From Verrucomicrobia bacterium UBA2281 (GTDB lineage Bacteria > Verrucomicrobiota > Kiritimatiellia > CAIQIC01 > Lenti-01): a DNA stretch of 64,000 nt. Positions 43,741 to 52,762 of this stretch are shown one piece after another. The DNA lies in NCBI GenBank assembly GCA_002347655.1, contig DDWR01000024.1, positions 140,971 to 204,970 on the forward strand. The letters run 5' to 3'. A program made the translations under genes and the position numbers. The stretch's first letter is position 1. The number at the start of each line of letters is the position of its first letter. The notes beneath the pieces are model-generated. The model ran no database searches, was not told where the DNA came from, and saw only the letters and a list, made by a program, of their open reading frames with translations.

Positions 43741-43790
43741 TTTTGCGTGCCACGTGATTTTCCGGCAAAGTTTTTACGTTCTACGTAAAA
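43741..43790. repeat. Second locus of the TTTTACGT-N3-ACGTAAAA palindrome family (TTTTTACGTTCTACGTAAAA plus a degenerate copy TTTTGCGTGCCACGTGATTTT)
   Basis: Same 8-bp arms as the 29.9-kb array. Again sits between a terminator and a convergent gene end. Confidence 0.8.
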
Positions 43791-43806
43791 GGCGCTTTCG
43801 GGGCCG

Positions 43807-46800
43807 TCAGGGCCCGGCCGGCGGCGGTTCGGCGGGGGCGCCGCGCCGCAGGACTGCGGCCACTTCGGCCTGCCCGGCGGCCACGGCCAGGTCCAGCGCG
43901 GTCTGGCCGGCGGCGTTCGTGGCGCCCTCGTCGACGTGCGCGTTCATCAGCACCTTCGCGCACTCGGCGTAGCCGTTGAGCGCGGCGTGGTGCAGCGGCG
44001 TCAGGCCGTCCGCATCCCGCCCATCGAGCGCGGCGCCGGCCTCGATCAGCAGCCGCGCCGACTTGGCGCACCAGGCTATGCGTTGCCGGCGGAAGCTCCG
44101 CATGCGGTCGTCCTCGCCGGGCTCGCGCCGGACGACGTCGAGCAAGAGCAGCGGGCTCCCGCCCTCTTCCGGCCGGACCGCCGCGCCCATCCGCAGCAAG
44201 TAGGGAATCTTCCAGCTCAGCCAATTGCTGGCGGCGCGGCGCAACGGCGTGTAGCCGTCGGCCCCGGGCGCGTTCAGGTCGGCGCCGTGCGCCAGCAAGA
44301 CCGGCACGACGTTGGTGGCCCATTGGTTCAGCGCCATTTCAAGCAGGCTCTCGTTGTCGGCATCGACGGCGCAGGGATCGGCCCCTTCCGCCAGTAGACT
44401 TTCCGCGGCTTCGGGATCGTCGGCGGCGACCGCCGCAAACAAGGCGGCTTCCTGGACGCACCGGCGCGAAACCTGGACGCGCACGTCGGTTTGCACGTCC
44501 CAGTCGTTCGTCAGGCACACGACCACGGGATCGTCCAGCCGCGAGACCGACGCAAAACGATAGCAGCCAGCCGTCTCCCCCCACATCCGGAACGAGCCGT
44601 CCGCCTCCGTCCGCACTTCCGCGTGCCCGCCCGCTTCGTTCATCCCGCTCGCCTGCCGCTGAACATGGAGAACGACGTCCCGCAACGGCGCGCCGTTTTC
44701 GTCCACGACGATCCCGCGGATCGTACCGCCGGGTTTGGGCGCGGTTAGCGTGCCCGGCGCACCCGCGGCGCGCAGCATCTTCGCCGCTTCCGGACGGTTT
44801 TCCCAAACGGCCTCGTCCAGCGGCGTCCGGCCCCAGCGGTTGGTTTGCGCCAGGTCGGCGCCGGCTTCGATCAGCTGCTTCACCGCGTTGCGGTTGCCGT
44901 TCTTGCAGGCCAGATGCAGCGCGGAACATCCGTCATCGTCGATCCGATCGACGTCCGCCCCGGCCTTCAGCAACAACCCGACGTTGCCGAACTGCCCTTT
45001 CTCGGCGGCGACCATCAGCGGCGTCCGGCCCCAGCGGTTCGTCGCATCGACCGGCGTGCCCGCGTCCAACTGTCGCTGCAAATTCCAGGGATGGTCCTCG
45101 GCGGCAGCTTCGTGCAGGGAGGGTTTTCCGTCCTGTTTCGAATCGCCGATGCTCGGCTTCCGGAAATCCACGTTCGCCACCGTTTCATCGCGATTGGAGA
45201 GCACGACCGTTTTTCGGTTTTCGGCGTCGAAGTCGATTTGGACTTCGTACATACCGAGCGGCAGCCGGCCGATGCGATAGCGACCGGCCCGGTCGGTCAT
45301 GTCGCCATAGCGGCTCTCGATTTCGTCGCCGACCAGCGCGCACAGCACCGACGCATGCGCGACGGGTGCGCCGGTTTCGTCCAGCACCGTGCCGCTCAAG
45401 GCGCCCATGGCCTTGGCTTCCGCCACGGAGCCCGGCGCCCCGTGCGCGCGGAGCAGTTGAGCCAACTCCGCGCGGCCTTCCCACACGGCGACGTCCAGCG
45501 GGGTGCGGCCGGCCCGGTTGGTCGCGGCCAGCTTCGCGCCGGCCGCGATCAGCCGCGCGGCGATATTCGTGTCGCCCCGCCGGCAAGCGAGGTGCAAGGC
45601 CGTCGCACCTTCCGGATCCGCCGCGTTCACCTCGGCGCCGGCGTCCAGCAGCGCCTGAACCGAGTCCGCGTATCCGTTTTCCGTGGCGATCATCAGCGCG
45701 GTCTGTCCGTGGGCATTGGTGCGGTTGGCATCGGCCCCGGCTTTCAGCACTTCCGCGACGTACGGCGAATCCACCTGGAGGTGAAGCCCTAGCGCGATAT
45801 CGACCGCCTCGGCGCGCGCGCACCGGAGCACCGCGTTCGTGACGGCGGAATCCGGTTCGGCCAGCGTCGCCGACAGCAGGATCCCGGTCGCGGAAATAAT
45901 CCGGACGTCGTACTCGCCGGGTTCCAGCCGGTCGAAACGGAAACTCCCGTCCGGTTCGGTGAACGCCAGGGGATCCAGCATTTTTGCTTCTTCACCGGCC
46001 GAGCATCGCAAGAAAATGCGCGGCAGCGGCCGGTCTTGCTCGTCCAGCAGGACGCCGCCGATCGTTCCGCGCGGCGGCGGCGCCAACGAACTCGGTTGGG
46101 CGCCCAGTTCCAGCAACAAGGCAATGGCATTGGTCTGGCCGCATTTCACAGCGAGATCCACGGCGGTGAATCCATCGGCGTCGGTTGCGCGCAAGTCGGC
46201 CCCGTTCTCCGCCAAAACCCGAACCAGATCTGCGTTGCCGAATTGGGCCTGTTTCATCAGGAGCGTCTGGCCGTACCTGTCGACGGCGTTCACGTCGGCA
46301 CCCTGCGCCACCAGTTCCGCGACGGTTTCCGCATCCAGCCGCCGGTACGGTTCCAGCATCTTCTGGGTCGGCACGACGCATTTTCCGATCCGCAGTAGCG
46401 GCATTTCCGCCTCGGGCGCTTCCGGCGTCAATTGCGCGACGAAGACGGGATTCGAGGCCATGCCGAGGATCGCGACGGCCAAGGGACAGGGCTCCACGGA
46501 AGGAAAGAAATAGACGCCATCCGCATCGGTTTTGGTCTGGCGATAGACTCGGCCGCGGGTGTCGTTCGACCACGTCAGCTCAACCGACAAATCCGGAACC
46601 GGCTGGTCGTTTTCATCCACGATCCGGCCGCGCACGGCCCCGGGCGGCGGCGCAAGCAGGTTGTTGGTCGATGCGCCGTGGGCGAGCAAATAGGCCGCCA
46701 TGTCCGGCAATCGGCGCCACAGGGCATGCTCATAGGGGGTCAGGGCGTCCTTGAACGGCGTGTCGGATATGCCGTGTTGATATCGCATGCGCCCAACGGC

Positions 46801-47379
46801 GTCCGGCGCCACGCAGACGTTTGCGCCGCCCTCGACCAGCGCCTGCACCATGTCCAAGCCGGAATTCGCCGCGGCCATCGTCAACAAAGACCCCGGCCAA
46901 GTTTCTTGATTGGGATCGGCGCCGGCCGCGATCCATTCCCGGACCTTGTCGACCCGATTTTCGCGAACCGCCCCTTGCAGCCGATCATTCAGATCCGCCT
47001 GGCGCGAGGTCGGCACCCGGAGATTTTCCAAGACCATCCGGTTTGCGTTGAGTTCGACCGCGAGCGGCGCGATCCCCTCGCCCATGCCGTGGAGTTCGTA
47101 GGCGCCCGCCGGAAGCCCGGAAAACTCGAAATCCAGGCCGGGATCCGCCGGCGGGACGTAGTTGGTGGATTCCGTCGAGCGCCAGTATGTTTCGCCGGTC
47201 AGCGCGATCCTCGCCTGCGCGAGGCGCTGCCCCTGTTCATCCACCGCGATGCCCCGGATGACGCCGGAGCCCTCTTCCGCGGCCCGCACCGGCCGTTCCA
47301 GCGCGAAAACGGCTAGTCCCAAGCTGAAAATCGGCAAGAAACGACGAAAAACGGCTGATTTTCCGGCAAAACGGCTCAT
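43807..47379 (-). CDS. Large secreted ankyrin-repeat protein (1,190 aa) with interspersed carboxypeptidase-regulatory-like beta-sandwich domains
   Basis: Signal peptide MSRFAGKSAVFRRFLPIFSLGLAVFALERPVRA. At least five ANK blocks (GQTALMIATENGYADSVQALLDAGAEVN...). About five CarboxypepD_reg-like segments (GVIRGIAVDEQGQRLAQARIALTG, RGRIVDENDQPVPDLSVELTW, GTIRGIVVDENGAPLRDVVLHV...). Confidence 0.85.
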   Translation of the reverse strand: MSRFAGKSAVFRRFLPIFSLGLAVFALERPVRAAEEGSGVIRGIAVDEQGQRLAQARIALTGETYWRSTESTNYVPPADPGLDFEFSGLPAGAYELHGMGEGIAPLAVELNANRMVLENLRVPTSRQADLNDRLQGAVRENRVDKVREWIAAGADPNQETWPGSLLTMAAANSGLDMVQALVEGGANVCVAPDAVGRMRYQHGISDTPFKDALTPYEHALWRRLPDMAAYLLAHGASTNNLLAPPPGAVRGRIVDENDQPVPDLSVELTWSNDTRGRVYRQTKTDADGVYFFPSVEPCPLAVAILGMASNPVFVAQLTPEAPEAEMPLLRIGKCVVPTQKMLEPYRRLDAETVAELVAQGADVNAVDRYGQTLLMKQAQFGNADLVRVLAENGADLRATDADGFTAVDLAVKCGQTNAIALLLELGAQPSSLAPPPRGTIGGVLLDEQDRPLPRIFLRCSAGEEAKMLDPLAFTEPDGSFRFDRLEPGEYDVRIISATGILLSATLAEPDSAVTNAVLRCARAEAVDIALGLHLQVDSPYVAEVLKAGADANRTNAHGQTALMIATENGYADSVQALLDAGAEVNAADPEGATALHLACRRGDTNIAARLIAAGAKLAATNRAGRTPLDVAVWEGRAELAQLLRAHGAPGSVAEAKAMGALSGTVLDETGAPVAHASVLCALVGDEIESRYGDMTDRAGRYRIGRLPLGMYEVQIDFDAENRKTVVLSNRDETVANVDFRKPSIGDSKQDGKPSLHEAAAEDHPWNLQRQLDAGTPVDATNRWGRTPLMVAAEKGQFGNVGLLLKAGADVDRIDDDGCSALHLACKNGNRNAVKQLIEAGADLAQTNRWGRTPLDEAVWENRPEAAKMLRAAGAPGTLTAPKPGGTIRGIVVDENGAPLRDVVLHVQRQASGMNEAGGHAEVRTEADGSFRMWGETAGCYRFASVSRLDDPVVVCLTNDWDVQTDVRVQVSRRCVQEAALFAAVAADDPEAAESLLAEGADPCAVDADNESLLEMALNQWATNVVPVLLAHGADLNAPGADGYTPLRRAASNWLSWKIPYLLRMGAAVRPEEGGSPLLLLDVVRREPGEDDRMRSFRRQRIAWCAKSARLLIEAGAALDGRDADGLTPLHHAALNGYAECAKVLMNAHVDEGATNAAGQTALDLAVAAGQAEVAAVLRRGAPAEPPPAGP

Positions 47380-47508
47380 GAACGACCTTTCGGGAGGCTA
47401 GGTTGACCGAGATTAGCCCGTTTTCGGGATTCGGGCCAATATTTTCTAATAAACCGGCCGGCCATCCGTTAACATGGCGAGGTCCGACATGCATCGCCCG
47501 AACTCCAA

Positions 47509-48033
47509 ATGAGCGCCAACCCGGAAAAACCGATGAAACCCGCCTCCTCCGAATGGATCGAAGCCCTCGTGGCGCGCTACGAGCGGCCGCTGTGCCAGTA
47601 CGCCTTTCGGCTGACCGGCAACTTCGACGCCGCCCGCGACGCCGTCCAGGACACGTTCCTGCGGCTGTGCCGCGCCGGCGTCCTGGAGGAAGCCCGCACC
47701 GCGCCGTGGCTGTTCCGGGTGTGCCGCAACCGCTGCATCGACCTCCTGCGAAAGGACCGCCCCATGCAACCGCTCACCGATGCCCAGGCCGCCGTCCTGC
47801 CCGCGCCCGGCCCCGACCCCGCGGAAGAAGCCGGCCGGCGCGAAAGCGCCTCGCTCCTCCTGCGAAAACTCGCGGAACTGCCCGCCCACCAAGCCGAGGT
47901 CATCCGCCTGAAGTTCCAGCACCAAATGAGCTATCGCGAGATCGCGGCCGTCACGTCGCTCAGCGAATCCAACGTCGGCTACCTCCTCCACGTCGGCATC
48001 CAAACCCTCCGCCAGCAGGCCGCCCAATTCTAG
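47509..48033 (+). CDS. ECF (sigma-70 family group IV) RNA polymerase sigma factor
   Basis: Region 2 FRLTGNFDAARDAVQDTFLRL and region 4 MSYREIAAVTSLSESNVGYLLHVGIQTLR. Confidence 0.85.
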   Translation: MSANPEKPMKPASSEWIEALVARYERPLCQYAFRLTGNFDAARDAVQDTFLRLCRAGVLEEARTAPWLFRVCRNRCIDLLRKDRPMQPLTDAQAAVLPAPGPDPAEEAGRRESASLLLRKLAELPAHQAEVIRLKFQHQMSYREIAAVTSLSESNVGYLLHVGIQTLRQQAAQF

Positions 48034-48043
48034 GAGACATTCC

Positions 48044-50164
48044 ATGAAGCCTCGCGATGAAGTTCAACTGACCGCCTACGCCCTCGGCGAAGGCTCCCCC
48101 GCCGAACGCGCCGCCGTCGAAGCCCGCCTCCGGAGCAATCCCGCCGCGCAAGCGGCCGTGGACGACGTCCGCGCCCTCGCCGCCCGGCTCGCAACGGAAC
48201 TGCAAGGCGAGCCCGACATCGGCCTGACCGATGACCAGCGCCGGAGCATCCGGCAGGCCGCCGCCCGCCCCGCCGGACGCCTCGTGCGCTTCCCGTGGCT
48301 GCGGCTCACCGGGTTCGCCGCCGTCGCCGCCGTCGTCACGCTCGTCTTCAGCGGCGCCCTGTGGAACGCGGCCCGGCATCTCCTCGACAGCCAGTTCGCC
48401 CGGTTGCAGGAATCCTCGATCAGCGTCGGCCTCGTCGAAGTCGACGAACAACAGCTCGATGAGCTCTTCGAAACCGTCGCCGCGCCGAAGGTCATGGAGA
48501 TGAAGCCGCCCGACCTGGACTGGAACATGGCGCCGCCCCCGGAAGTCCAGGATTTCTGCGCTGCGCCCGCGGAAAGCGTCGTGACGGAACTCCCCGTCGC
48601 GTCGGACGCCATCTCCCCCATCGTCATGAAGGGCTTGTCGCCGGGCGCGATGGCGAACCGGTCGGGCGCGGGCCGGGCCGCCAGCCTCGGCAGCTATGGC
48701 GGCCAATGGCATCCCTACCCATACCCCCCCCCGGCAAACACCGAGTCCTACGCCCCGATCCAAGGCAACACCTTCAAGCAGGTCGCGAACGAACCGCTTT
48801 CGACCTTCTCGATCGACGTGGACACGGCGTCGTACGCGAACGTCCGGCGGTTCCTGCGCGCCGGCCAGATGCCGCCCCCGGATGCCGTGCGCGTGGAGGA
48901 AATGGTCAACTACTTCCCCTACGACTACGCGCCGCCCAAGGGCAAAACGCCTTTCGCCGTCCACGTCGAATCGGCGGCGTGCCCCTGGGCCCCCGCCCAC
49001 GCGCTCGTGCGGATCGCCCTCAAGGGCAAGCCGCTCGACGCCGAACGGCGCCCGCCCTGCAACCTCGTCTTCCTGATCGACGTGTCCGGCTCCATGACGC
49101 CCGACAACAAACTGCCGCTGGTGAAGAAATCCATCAAACTTTTGGCCCGCCAGCTTGCGGCGCAGGATCGAGTGTCCCTGGTCGTCTACGCCAGCGCGAC
49201 CGGACTCGTTTTGCCCGCCACGCCCGCGAGCGACCTCGCGACGATCGACGCCGCCCTCGAGAGCCTCCAGGCCGGCGGCAGCACCGCCGGCGGCGCGGGC
49301 ATCCGCCTGGCCTACGACGAAGCGCGCCGGAATTTCCGGCGCGACGGCAACAACCGCGTCGTGCTGTGCACCGACGGCGATTTCAACGTCGGCATCGTAA
49401 ACTCGGAAGAACTGGCCGGGTTCATCGCCGAGCGCGCCAAGCAGGGCATTTTCCTCACCGTGCTCGGCTTCGGCATGGGCAACTACAAGGACGACCGCCT
49501 CGAAACGCTTTCCAACAAAGGCAACGGCAACTACGCCTACGTCGACAGCTTTTCCGAGGCGCGCAAGGTCCTCGCCGAACAGGCCGCCGGCACGCTCTTC
49601 GCCATCGCCAAGGACGTGAAGCTCCAGATCGAGTTCAATCCCGCCCAGGTTTCCGCCTACCGGCTGGTGGGGTATGAAAACCGCCTGCTGGCCAAGGAAG
49701 ATTTCAACGACGACAAGAAGGACGCCGGCGAACTCGGCGCCGGCCACGCCGTCACCGCTTTCTACGAGGTCGTGCCCGTCGGCGCCGAATCCGCCCCGGG
49801 CGTCGATCCGCTCAAATACCAGCCCGCCGCAGAGCGCACGCCGGTCGCGCGGAAACGCGCGAACGACAATCCCGAATGGCTGACCGTCAAACTGCGCTAC
49901 AAGCAGCCCCAGGCCGACACGAGCGCGAAGATCGAAGTGCCCTTCGTCGGTGCCGCCGTGCCCTTCGCCAACGCCTCCGCGGACTTCCGCTTCGCCGCGG
50001 GCGTGGCCACCGCCGGCTTGATGCTGCGCGGCGATCCGTCCGTCATGGATCTCGAATTCCCCGCCGTCGCCGCCTGGGTTTCCGCCGCGGTCGGCACCGA
50101 CCCCGGCGGCTACCGCCAGGAATTCCTCGGCCTGCTGCGCGACGCCGCCGCCCTCGCGCGCTGA
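48044..50164 (+). CDS. Anti-sigma factor with a periplasmic von Willebrand factor A domain
   Basis: N-terminal anti-sigma helix (VQLTAYALGEGSPAERAAVEARL), a transmembrane segment FAAVAAVVTLVFSGALW, a VWA MIDAS DVSGSMT, and a YfbK-like C-terminus. Starts 11 nt after the sigma gene. Confidence 0.8.
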   Translation: MKPRDEVQLTAYALGEGSPAERAAVEARLRSNPAAQAAVDDVRALAARLATELQGEPDIGLTDDQRRSIRQAAARPAGRLVRFPWLRLTGFAAVAAVVTLVFSGALWNAARHLLDSQFARLQESSISVGLVEVDEQQLDELFETVAAPKVMEMKPPDLDWNMAPPPEVQDFCAAPAESVVTELPVASDAISPIVMKGLSPGAMANRSGAGRAASLGSYGGQWHPYPYPPPANTESYAPIQGNTFKQVANEPLSTFSIDVDTASYANVRRFLRAGQMPPPDAVRVEEMVNYFPYDYAPPKGKTPFAVHVESAACPWAPAHALVRIALKGKPLDAERRPPCNLVFLIDVSGSMTPDNKLPLVKKSIKLLARQLAAQDRVSLVVYASATGLVLPATPASDLATIDAALESLQAGGSTAGGAGIRLAYDEARRNFRRDGNNRVVLCTDGDFNVGIVNSEELAGFIAERAKQGIFLTVLGFGMGNYKDDRLETLSNKGNGNYAYVDSFSEARKVLAEQAAGTLFAIAKDVKLQIEFNPAQVSAYRLVGYENRLLAKEDFNDDKKDAGELGAGHAVTAFYEVVPVGAESAPGVDPLKYQPAAERTPVARKRANDNPEWLTVKLRYKQPQADTSAKIEVPFVGAAVPFANASADFRFAAGVATAGLMLRGDPSVMDLEFPAVAAWVSAAVGTDPGGYRQEFLGLLRDAAALAR

Positions 50165-50243
50165 GCCCGGGATGCGTTTCGGGCTTCTTGACGATCCGGC
50201 CCGCGCGGCATAGGGTTGGGTTCCGAAAGGAAACTTGCCCCGC

Positions 50244-50642
50244 ATGAAAACCATCCTGTCGCCGATCGTCCGTTGGGTACTGTGTGCGTGCGCGGGCGCC
50301 GTTCTGGCCGGCTGCGGCGGCGACGACGGGGGCGGAGCCGACGCGGACTACGCGGGCGTTTGGCAGGGCCGCACCTCCAACGGCGGCAGCATCGTTTTCA
50401 CCGTGGAGGGCCGCTTGGTCGTTTCGCTGCGGTTGTCCGATCCCGGCGGGGAAATCTGGTTCCCGCAGCCGACGGACATCCGCGGCGATTCCTTTTCCGC
50501 CGAATACGCCACCGACACCGCCGCGACCGACGACGTGTCCCTCCAGGGCACCTTCGTTTCGGATTCCGACGCGACCGGCCGCTATGCGATGCGCAAGGGC
50601 GGCAACGTCCTGAACGGCACCTTCGCGGCCCAGCGGCCATAG
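50244..50642 (+). CDS. Small lipoprotein of unknown function
   Basis: Lipobox MKTILSPIVRWVLCACAGAVLAGCGGDDGG. RBS AAAGGAAA upstream. Confidence 0.65.
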   Translation: MKTILSPIVRWVLCACAGAVLAGCGGDDGGGADADYAGVWQGRTSNGGSIVFTVEGRLVVSLRLSDPGGEIWFPQPTDIRGDSFSAEYATDTAATDDVSLQGTFVSDSDATGRYAMRKGGNVLNGTFAAQRP

Positions 50643-50653
50643 GCCGGACGGCG

Positions 50654-51571
50654 ATGAGGTCCACCCGGCCAGGCGGCGATCCGCGCAGCGTGCGCGTACT
50701 GGTGAACCCCAAATCGGGACTGGGAACGTCGTTCGATGCGTTCTGGGGCGCGGTCGAAACCCATTTCGGCCGCACGGCCGACGTCGCCTACCAGTTCAGC
50801 CGCGACGTCGCCGACGGCCGCCGCAAGGCCGAACGCGCCGTGCGCGACGGCGTGGACGTCGTGCTCGTTGCGGGCGGCGACGGCATGGTCAACAGCATCG
50901 GCGGCGTGCTCGTCGGCACCGGCGTCGCCCTCGGCGTGATCCCCACGGGCAGCGGCAACGGCTTCGCCCGCCATTTCGGCATTCCGCTCGACGTCCCCGG
51001 CGCCGTCGCGGCGCTGGCCCGCGCCCACCGCCGCGCCATCGACGTCGGCACCGCCAACGGCCGGCCGTTTTTCGTCACCTGCAGCCTCGCCTGGGACGCG
51101 GCCATCGCCCAGCGGTTCGCCGCGTTTCCGTTCCGCGGCATCGCGCCCTACGTCTTCGCCGCGGCCGCTGAATTGATCACCTATGCGCCGCAGACCATCC
51201 ACGCCGTCCTCGACGGGGCACCCGCGCAGGTTTTTCCGGAGCCCATTTTGTTCACCGTCGCCAACCTCACCCAGTACGGCGGCGGCGCCCAGATCGCCCC
51301 CAAGGCCCGGCCCGACGACGGCCTGATGGAACTCGTCGTCGTCCTCCGCCCCGACCTGCCGCTGTTGCTCATGAACGTCGCCCGCCTGTTCAACGGCACG
51401 CTCGACGAACTGCCCCAGGTCGCCACGCGCCGGTTCCGGCAGCTGGATCTCCACCGCGCGAAAGCCACCCCCCTCCAGCTCGACGGCGAACTCGTGGAGG
51501 CCGGCCGGGACGTCCAGATCCGCCTGCTGCCCCAGGCGCTCGCCGTGCTGGTGCCCGCGGAAAAGCGCTGA
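50654..51571 (+). CDS. Diacylglycerol/lipid kinase catalytic-domain protein (YegS/BmrU family)
   Basis: VRVLVNPKSGLG...DVVLVAGGDGMVNS...GVIPTGSGNGFAR. Confidence 0.8.
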   Translation: MRSTRPGGDPRSVRVLVNPKSGLGTSFDAFWGAVETHFGRTADVAYQFSRDVADGRRKAERAVRDGVDVVLVAGGDGMVNSIGGVLVGTGVALGVIPTGSGNGFARHFGIPLDVPGAVAALARAHRRAIDVGTANGRPFFVTCSLAWDAAIAQRFAAFPFRGIAPYVFAAAAELITYAPQTIHAVLDGAPAQVFPEPILFTVANLTQYGGGAQIAPKARPDDGLMELVVVLRPDLPLLLMNVARLFNGTLDELPQVATRRFRQLDLHRAKATPLQLDGELVEAGRDVQIRLLPQALAVLVPAEKR

Positions 51572-51637
51572 CCGCGCGCTCTGTTCGTGCATTTTTTCCC
51601 GGGCCGTGGTAGGTTGGGGGCCAGGTAATCAGGACCG

Positions 51638-52195
51638 ATGAATTCGTATCTCGTCCGCAAAACCTCTTTCGGCCCCGTCGCCCTCGCCTGGCGTCCGACG
51701 CCGCGGGGCGCCGTGGTGTGCCAGGTCTTCCTGTCGGATTCCGCATCTCCGGCCGACGACAAGTTGCGCCACGCCTATCCGGACGCGGTCGTGGCGGCTT
51801 GTCCGGACGTCCGCGCCATCGGCGCCGGCATCCGCGCGCTGCTGGCGGGCGCGAACGTGGAATTCGACCTCGATCTCGTCGATCTGGACGCCTGCCCGCC
51901 GTTCCAGCGGGCCGTGCTGCGCGCCACCCACCGGATTCCCCGCGGGCGCGTCAGCGCCTACGGACTCGTCGCCGCGCAGCTGGACAAGCCCGGCGCCGCG
52001 CGCGCCGTCGGCAACGCGCTGGCGGACAACCCGTTTCCCCTCCTGATCCCCTGCCACCGCGTCGTGCGCTCCGACGGCGAACTCGGCGGGTTCGGCGGCG
52101 GGCCGTTCCTCAAAAGCGCCCTGCTCGCCCTTGAAGGCGTCGCCGCCGACGATTCCGGCCAGATCCGCCGCGCCCGTTTCCACTACGCCGGCTGA
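51638..52195 (+). CDS. ogt: Methylated-DNA--protein-cysteine methyltransferase
   Basis: Active-site PCHRVV with the conserved RAVGNALADNP upstream. Confidence 0.85.
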   Translation: MNSYLVRKTSFGPVALAWRPTPRGAVVCQVFLSDSASPADDKLRHAYPDAVVAACPDVRAIGAGIRALLAGANVEFDLDLVDLDACPPFQRAVLRATHRIPRGRVSAYGLVAAQLDKPGAARAVGNALADNPFPLLIPCHRVVRSDGELGGFGGGPFLKSALLALEGVAADDSGQIRRARFHYAG

Positions 52196-52267
52196 GCGCC
52201 GCACCCCCGATACGCCGAAACGGCATCCGCTTCCGGATGCCGTTTCGCGCAGGGACTGGAAAGAAAA

Positions 52268-52747
52268 CTACTTCTTCTCGTCGTCCTTCTTGGCCTTCTT
52301 GGCCGCGGGCTTCTTGGCGGGCTTTTCGGCCTTCTTCTCGGCCTTGGGCGCGGCTTCGGCCTTTTCGGCCTTGGCTTTGGGGGCCTTGGGAACGAAATCC
52401 ACCCACTCGAGGAGGCACATTTCGCTGCTGTCGCTGATGCGCTTGCCCAGCTTGACGATGCGGGTGTAGCCGCCGGCGCGGTCCTTCATGGCCGGGGCGA
52501 CGGCCGCGAACAGTTCCGCGACGGCCTTGTCCTGCTTGAGCCGGGAAAGGGCCAGGCGGCGGGCCGCCAGCGTGCCCTGCTTGCCCACGGTGACCATCTT
52601 GTCGGCCATGCGCTTGGCGGCGCGGGCCTTGGGCAGCGTCGTCTTGATGCGCTTGGCGAGGATGAGGTTGCTGACCAGACTCGCGAAGAGCGCCTCGCGC
52701 TGCGAGGACGTGCGGCCCAGTTTGACGGTGTTCTTGCGATGACGCAT
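52268..52747 (-). CDS. rplQ: 50S ribosomal protein L17
   Basis: MRHRKNTVKLGRTSSQREALF... with a Lys/Ala-rich C-terminal extension. Confidence 0.9.
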   Translation of the reverse strand: MRHRKNTVKLGRTSSQREALFASLVSNLILAKRIKTTLPKARAAKRMADKMVTVGKQGTLAARRLALSRLKQDKAVAELFAAVAPAMKDRAGGYTRIVKLGKRISDSSEMCLLEWVDFVPKAPKAKAEKAEAAPKAEKKAEKPAKKPAAKKAKKDDEKK

Positions 52748-52762
52748 GGAAAGTCTCCTGTG

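Noticed and set aside
43936-50254. Multiple antisense ORFs across the ankyrin gene and the sigma/anti-sigma region (for example 45185..45823, 47960..50254)
   Set aside because: GC-driven shadow frames. The sense genes have signal peptides, ANK/VWA motifs and proper spacing.
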